The translations under genes and the position numbers were made by a program. DNA of 64,000 nucleotides, from assembly GCF_009914755.1 (NCBI RefSeq), contig NC_060926.1; one strand, given 5' to 3'. Origin of the DNA: the human T2T-CHM13v2.0 reference genome, Homo sapiens. Below are positions 52,277-64,000 of this stretch, one piece after another. Position 1 is the first letter of the stretch. Every line of letters begins with the position of its first letter. The notes beneath the pieces are model-generated. The model did no database searches, was not told where the DNA came from, and worked only from the letters and a program-made list of their open reading frames with translations.

Positions 52277-52619
52277 CAGCTGTCTTCAACCTTTTTGGCA
52301 TCAGGGAGTGGTTTAGTGGAAGAGAGTGTTTTCATGGACCAGGTGGTGGGGGTGGGAATGGTTTTGGGATGAAACTGTTCCACCTCAGATCATCAGGCAT
52401 TAGATTCTCATAAGGAGCACACAGTCTACATCCCTCACATACACAGTTCACAATAGGGTCCGTGCTTCTATGAGAATCCAATGCTGCAGCTGATCTGACA
52501 AGAAGCAGAGCTCAAGAGGTAATGCTGGCCTGCCCACCCCTCACCTCCTGCTGTGTTGCCCAGTTCCTAAGAGGCCACAGACCACTACTCGTTCACAGCC
52601 CAGGAGCTGGGGTCCCCTG
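52277..52619 (+). mobile_element. MER1B hAT-Charlie DNA transposon
   Basis: CAG...CAACCTTTTTGGCATCAGGGA...GGGGTCCCCTG termini, about 340 bp; 8-bp TSD CTTTAGAG/CTTTAAGG. Confidence 0.88.
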
Positions 52620-53084
52620 CTTTAAGGAATAGTTCATTTTAGCACCATGGAATAAAACAGACCTCTTCCTAGACACTTGGAATCATTTGATGTAGTGTCT
52701 AGGATAACACATGTAGTGTGTTATCTCCTTAATTTTTCATCTCTTCAGACCTTTCTGTTAATCATTTAGTGACCATTTCCAACCTGGAAACTTTTCTTCC
52801 TAGCAGAAAAGGTGGGAAGAGTAATTAATTCATTAATCTTTTCTTTTTATCAATTCATCAAGTAAGTTTTTCTTTTGACTATTCAAAAATGCCTATTGAG
52901 CAGCTACTATCTTTCAAACACGCATGTGCTGGGCACAGGCACAAGTGCCTCCAGTGAAGGGAGGCAAATTTTAAATAAGTAAGTTCAAAAATCTATAAAC
53001 TCTCACCGTGAGCAGTACTACCAAGAAGAGGTGCAGTGGGTCCTACCCTAGTAAATAGACTCAGAGAATATTTCCTCTATCTAC

Positions 53085-53557
53085 TGTTCACAACAAATCT
53101 CCTTTGAGGCTGCCAAAGTTGTCAGAATCAAAATGGAGTCACTTGTGTTAAAAACCCTGACAAACAGAGCTGCAGAAGGCAATGAAGGGAGGGTTCTCAT
53201 ACATAAATACTTGACAATAAGAATTATCTCAGAAGACTGCAAAAAACACAATCTTGCACAAAAGCCACCATGATGTTACATACACACAAAAATACTTCTG
53301 TGAGGACCTCTGCCCAGCAATTGCCTGTCTAACCACAAACTGGTGCCACCTTTGCTATTGATTCTGTAGCCAAGGATAATTATCTCAAAACAATTATGTA
53401 ATCCTTCTTGCTTTTCTTTTAAAATCCTTTGTTTTCCCTTATCTCCCTGAACATGCATATTATTTACTATGGCATGCATATTCTCATCGTCATGCCTATT
53501 CCTGAATAAACATCATTTTCTTTTAAAGAATCTCCCTCTGTGTTATTTAGGCTGACA
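53085..53557 (+). mobile_element. ERV solo LTR (family uncertain)
   Basis: TGTCAGAATCAAAATGGAGTCAC...AACCCTGACAAA; AATAAA near 53505; ends TTTAGGCTGACA; 5' boundary approximate. Confidence 0.65.
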
Positions 53558-54023
53558 GGGCATAAAATTTATTTACATCATACTTGTTGGTTGTTATCTG
53601 AGCTAAACCAATCCAATCAGCCTGGGTTTATTCTAAGACTGGAATTCCTAAAAAGTAGCAAGTTTTACTTATTATGTTAGGCTGTAGTGAATTAAACACT
53701 ACATTTTAAAAGAACTTTAATGCAGATGATTTCATTTTAATCTTTATTATAAAAGGTAACTTTTGGCTCATTTATTAGTTATTTGGAATTTGTTATTAAA
53801 TTTTAGGATGTTAGTAGTTAAAAGTACTGTAGGGAGATCATAAATATAAATGCATAGGAATGAGACTGAAATGAATCATTTCTGGGATTTATAGTATTGT
53901 TATAGTTGGAGGCCAAATGCTTTTATAGTTTTACTTAATTCTATACACTTCTTAATTCACCTATAGGTATAAAGCTCTCTCTAGAATATAAAGATTGCCT
54001 TGATGGTTAATTTAAAATATATA

Positions 54024-54285
54024 CCGCATGTTCTCACTCATAAGTGGGAGTTGAACAAGGAGAACACAGGGACACAGGGAAGGGAACATCACATACTGGG
54101 GCCTGTTGAGGGGTGAGGGGCTAGGGAAGGGATAGCATTAGGAGAAATACCTAATATAGATGACGAGTTGATGGGTGCAGCAAACCACCATGGCACATGT
54201 ATACCTATGTAACAAAACTGCATGTTCTACACATGTACCCCAGAACTTAAAGTATAATAAAAAATTAAATAAATAAATAAATAAT
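54024..54285 (+). mobile_element. Short L1PA7-like 3'UTR insertion
   Basis: CCGCATGTTCTCACTCATAAGTGGGAG...CAGAACTTAAAGTATAATAAAAAA and (TAAA)n tail. Confidence 0.9.
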
Positions 54286-54639
54286 ACAGCATGGTAAAAA
54301 AAAAAGTACAGGCATATGCTCTCATATGACACCTACAAATTAAACTACTGAAAATAGATAAAATCTCTCAAATAAACATTTAAAGGGAATTTTTTTCTAG
54401 AAATTTTAACCTGTCAGAAAATGTCACTTGACATGTCATATTTTTAATTTAATAAAATGTCACTAAAGACAGGACTATAATACAAAAGTAAAGCATACAT
54501 TTTCAGTGCATGTTGAAAAAGTGATTTTAATTCTATATCTTAGAATATCCCACATTCAAACACAAGCTATTTAGTTGGTTAGAATAACTTGACAAAGGAA
54601 AGCAAGGCTAGCAATGTTGATATTTCATTTCTCATTATA

Positions 54640-54900
54640 TTTTATTATGGCATAAAGGTGAATAATAGAGAATATGAAACCCAGCTGTCTGAATTTAGTT
54701 CTTATTCCACCAATTCATAGTTGTGTGACTTTGGGTAAGTATTTAAGCTCTGTGCCTCAGTTTCCTCTGTACAACAGGAAGTTGAGAGAACCTACCCTAT
54801 GCTTGTTGTGAGAACTAAATGAATGAATACATGTAACCAGATTAATTAACATCCAATCTGTACAATTAGCACTTAACAAATATTACCTATGACTGTTTTT
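54640..54900 (+). mobile_element. MIR
   Basis: TGTGTGACTTTGGGTAAGTATTTAAGCTCTGTGCCTCAGTTTCCTC...GTTGTGAGAACTAAATGA. Confidence 0.7.
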
Positions 54901-55209
54901 GTTACTATAATTATTTTCTCTAGTTTAGAAAACTGTTGGAAAAATTTAGTTTGATAGTGAAAACAAATTTTGTTAGCTGTCATTTAATGGGTTAAGGGAA
55001 ATTTTTTAAATTCAGGTATTATATATCACTTACATTACTTTTCTTTGTCATCCTATGATATTTTATGGACATAATCATATATGTTGATTGCTTAACTTCC
55101 ATTTTAAAGTAATTGAAGAAAGTTTCAATTTTAATATGACTTTAATTTTTCATAGTATTTCGAAACTCTCTTTTAAATGTCTTCATAGCCAGCCAGAAAA
55201 AAAAATAGG

Positions 55210-55583
55210 TGTTATAGACTGAATGTTTTTGTCTCCCCAGAATTTGTATGTTGCAGCCCTACCCTCCAACGTGATAGATAGTATTAAGATATGGGCTTTT
55301 GGGGAGGTAATTAATTTTAGATGAGGTCATGAGACTAGAGCCCTTATGATAGAACTGGTGCCTTTATAATAAAGGAAGAGACACCAGAGTGCTCTCCTGT
55401 GATGTGAGAATAAAGCAAGAAGATAGCCTTATGCAAACCAGGAGAGGGTTCTCACCAGAACCCAACCATGCTGGCACTCGGATTTTGGAATTTCCAGCTC
55501 CCAGAACAGTGAGAAATAAATTTCGATTGTTCAAGCCACCCAGTATATACTATTTTGTTATAGTAGTCCAAGTTGACTAAGAC
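55210..55583 (+). mobile_element. MaLR solo LTR (MLT1A-like)
   Basis: TGTTATAGACTGAATGTTTTTGTCTCCCC...CCAGAACAGTGAGAAATAAATTTC...GACTAAGAC. Confidence 0.85.
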
Positions 55584-55835
55584 TTAAAGGTACACTAATG
55601 TCTTACCCTAAGACACTGATATTAGGGTAGACTAAACCCAAACATCTCAGAGTTACAAACTACATGAATATTTTACTGTACTAGTGAATTGGTGGTTTCA
55701 AATTTTGAGTGTATAAGATGCACATTAGGAATGCACTCCCCACATATGGCATCAGTTGTTGGGGTCATTGTGAAAGCAGCACTTCTGTCTTCAACCAGGA
55801 ATTTCACTAAGATATGTGTTAGTCATAAAGTGTAA

Positions 55836-56220
<385 letters not shown>

Positions 56221-56314
56221 ACCTTTTTTTAATCATTATTATTTTTTCTACTTTTTAACCAAAGTACAAAAGTTTATTGAATTTTCAGAGGATATTTAAG
56301 TAACTGTATTTTAA

Positions 56315-56783
<469 letters not shown>

Positions 56784-58262
56784 CCCATCTTATTTTTTAT
56801 AAAGACTTCAGTAAAATATATAATTTTTGAAATCTCCTTGTTTACTAAAACTTTCTTTTTTTCAAAAATTTTATTGAAAAGTTGTTGCCTGACCAGTTAC
56901 TTTGTATGTCACATTGTATGCTCTTGTGGACAGTTACTGACCTGTGATTTAAAACATGAATGCTACAGATGCAATCTGTCCATTTCTGTGATGGGTCTTT
57001 GAATAAAGTATTTTCTGTCTTAAATAGGAAAAAAAAGGAAAATAAAAATTGTAGCTTTATTCACATGGTCAATAAGTTTGTTGAAGAACAACAAATAGGT
57101 CTTTTAAAATACCCTACAAATTTCAAAATTTGACTGTTGTAATAAAACAATTTAAATTAATTCAAAGCATATTCACTGGGAGCTTGCTAGGGCTGCCTGA
57201 TTTCAAATTCACACATTTTACTTCTACACGATATTGCTTAAGGAGCTGACAGTTTGTATCAAATCCCAAGTGTCCAAATCCTTAGTCCAGAAGATGGCCG
57301 AATAGGAACAGCTCCAGTCTGCAGCTCCCAGTGTGACACAGAAGACGGGTGATTTCTGCATTTCCAACTGAGGTACCGGGTTCATCTCACTGGGGCTTGT
57401 CAGAGAGTGGGTGCAGCCCACGGAGCAGGGCGGGGCATCTCCTCACCCGGGAAGCACAAGGGGTTGGGAAATTCCCTTTCCTAGCAAAGGGAAGCCGTGA
57501 CAGATGGTACCTGGAAAATTGGGACACTCCCACCCTAATACTGCACTTTTCCTATGGCCTTAGCAAATGACACATGAGGAGATTATATCCCACGCCTGGC
57601 TCAGAGGGTCCCATACCCACGGAACCTCGCTCACTGCTAGCACAGCAGTCTGAGATCAAACTGCAAGGCAGCAGCGAGGCTGGGGGAGGGGCGTCCGCCA
57701 TTGCTGAGGCTTGAGTAGGTAAACAAAGCAGCCAGGAAGCTCGAACTAGGTGGAGGCCACCTCAGCTCATGGAGGCCTGCCTGCCTTTGTAGACTCCACT
57801 TCTAGGGACAGGGCATAGCTGAACAAAATGCAGCAAAAACTTCTGCAGACTTAAACGTCCCTGTCTGACAGCTTTGAAGACAGTAGTGCTTCTCCCAGCA
57901 CTGAGTTTGAGATCTGAGAAGGAACAGACTGCCTCCTCAAGTGGGTCCCTGACCCCCGAGTAGCCTAACTGGGAGACACCTCCCAGTAGGGGCCTACTGA
58001 CACCTAATACAGCCAGGTGCCCCTCTGAGATGAAGCTTCCAGAAGAAGGATCAGACAGCAACATTTTCCGTTCTGCAATATTTGCTGTTCTGCAGCTTCC
58101 ACTGGTGATATCCAGGCAGGGTCTGGAGTGGACCTCCATCAAACCTGCAGCTGAGGGTCCTGACTATTAGAAGGAAAACTAACAAACAGAATGGACATCC
58201 ACATCAAAACCCCATCTGTACGTCACCATCATCAAAGACCAAAGGTAGATAAAACCACAAAG

Positions 58263-59285
58263 ATGGGGAGAAACCAGAGCAGAAAAGCTGAAAATTCTAA
58301 AAATCAGAATGCCTCTTCTTCTCCAAAGGATTGCAGCTCCTCGCCAGCAATGGAACAAAGCTGGAGGGAGAATGACTTTGACGAGTTCAGAGAAGGCTTC
58401 AGACGATCAGTAATAACAAACTTCTCTGAGCTAAAGGCGGATGTACGAACCCATCACAAAGAAGCTAAAAACCTTGAAAAAAGATTAGACGAATAGCTAA
58501 CTAGAATAAACAGTGTAGAGAAGTCCTTAAATGACCTGATGGAGCTGAAAACCATGGCACGAGAACTACGTGATGCATGTAGAAGCTTCAGTAGCCGATT
58601 TGACAACTGGAAGAAAGGGTATCAGTGATTGAAGATCAAATGAATGAAATGAAGCAAGAAGAGAAGTGTAGAGAAAAAAGAGTAAAAAGAAACAAACAAA
58701 GCCTCCGAGAAATATGGGACTATGTGAAAAGACCAAATCTACATCTGATTGGTGTACCTGAAAGTGACGGGGAGAATGGTACCAAGTTGGAAAACACTCT
58801 TCAGAATATTATCCAGGAGAACTTCCCCAACCTAGCAATGCAGGCCAACATTCAAATTCAGGAAATACAGACAATGCCACAAAGACACTCCTCGAGAAGA
58901 GCAACTCCAAGACACATAATTGTCAGGTTCACCAAAGTTGAAATTAGGGAAAAAATGTTAAGGGCAGAAAGAGAGAAAGATCGGGTTACCCATAAAGGGA
59001 AGCCCATCAGACTAACAGCGGATCTCTCCGCAGAAACTCTACAAGCCAGAAGAGAGTGGGGGCCAATATTCAACATACTTAAAGAAAAGAATTTTCAACC
59101 CAGAATTTCATATCCAGCCAAACTAAGCTTCATAAGTGAAGGAGAAATAAAATCCTTTACAGACAAACAAACGCTGAGAGATTTTTGTCACCAGCAGGCC
59201 TGCCTTACAAGAGCTACTAAAGGAAGCACTAGACATGGAAAGGAACAACCAGTACCAACCGCTTCAAAAACATGCCAAATTGTAA
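58263..59285 (+). pseudogene. L1 ORF1p remnant (premature stop and frameshifts)
   Basis: MGRNQSRKAENSKNQ... ends at TAG 58494-58496; RRM/CTD segment in another frame (ORF 58625-59341, ARREWGPIF and YPAKLSF motifs). Confidence 0.92.
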
Positions 59286-59348
59286 AGACCATCAATGCTA
59301 GGAAGAAACTGCATCAATTAACAAGCAAAATAAACAGCTAACATCATA

Positions 59349-63172
<3,824 letters not shown>

Positions 63173-63386
63173 AAAATGAGAACACTTGGACACAGGATGG
63201 GGAACATCACACACTGGGGCTTGTCATGGGGTGGGGGGAGGGAGGAGGAATAGCATTAGGAGATATACCTAATGTAAATGATGATTTAATGGGTGCAGCA
63301 CACCAACATGGCACATGTATACATATGTAACTAACCTGCATGTTGTGCACGTGTACCCTAGAACTTAAAATATTAAAAAAAAATAA

Positions 63387-63585
63387 TCTTCTCCCTGCTT
63401 CCTCTGCCCCTGACTGACCCTGGTTTATCCCCATGTGGCCCCGCATTATGGTGTGGCATGCCCTTTTGTCTTGGGGTCTGTTGAATGTAACAAACTATGT
63501 TTTCAGTGGTAGCTGTCTCCTGATCTGTTGGCTTTGCCATATCTTAATAAAACCTACATTAAAAAATTTAAAAAAATTAAGAAAA
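63387..63585 (+). other. L1 3'-transduced segment with its own AATAAA and second A-rich tail
   Basis: Non-L1 sequence 63387-63560, AATAAA 63546-63551, A-rich tail 63561-63585, then TSD CAAATCCTTAGTCC 63586-63599 identical to 57275-57288. Confidence 0.9.
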
Positions 63586-63789
63586 CAAATCCTTAGTCCC
63601 AAGCTCATTCTACAACAATTATAATAAATACATATTGTTCTCTGCAGTAAAATGAATAAAATATTAGCTAATACTCAGGTATAGATTTTTGCGAGGTATG
63701 AAGCAAAGCATTTTTTTTGTATAAAAGCCATACCAAGGTCATCATGCTGAAAACACATTCTCATTGTATAGCAAATATTCCTTTTCTTT

Positions 63790-64000
63790 AAAAATTTATT
63801 TATTTATTTTATTATTATTATACTTTAAGTTTTAGGGTACATGTGCACAATGTGCAGGTTAGTTACATATGTATACATGTGCCATGCTGGTGTGCTGCAC
63901 CCATTAACTCGTCATTTAGCATTAGGTATATCTCCTAAAGCTATGCCTCCCCCCTCTCCCCATCCCACAAAAGTCCCCAGAGTGTGATGTTCCCCTTCCT
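63790..64000 (-). mobile_element. Young L1PA (about L1PA2-4) 3' end, runs off the window
   Basis: TTATTATACTTTAAGTTTTAGGGTACATGTGCACAATGTGCAGGTTAGTTACATATG...CATTTAGCATTAGGTATATCTCC. Confidence 0.93.

Noticed and set aside
52703-52725. Small hairpin GATAACAC...GTGTTATC
   Set aside because: An 8-bp stem is expected by chance or local slippage; no RNA-gene features

Overview
AT-rich, very LINE-1-dense human genomic DNA; a near-consensus AluYb8 at 43532-43847 indicates human. I see no intact cellular protein-coding gene. Every long ORF in the track is a broken L1 ORF1/ORF2 piece, an Alu/LTR read-through or a GC-rich artefact. Roughly half the window is L1: a full-length L1PA5/6-like copy, large L1PA7-, L1PB- and L1PA10-like copies, and an old L1M hosting several nested insertions. 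The rest holds Alus, MaLR/ERV solo LTRs, MIR/L2 and hAT DNA transposons. The one clearly regulatory unique region is a CpG island at about 4.8-5.6 kb, with minus-strand splice donors and a duplicated (TG)n unit. The most notable structure is a 174-bp L1-mediated 3' transduction at 63387-63560, bracketed with the L1 by a perfect 14-bp TSD. Other highlights are an old twin-primed (5'-inverted) L1 with a surviving TSD, an 84-bp recent tandem duplication inside an ancient LTR, and a possibly polymorphic AluYb8. I found no convincing evidence of a wholly new biological system. Subfamily names come from recalled consensus features, not from a database run.
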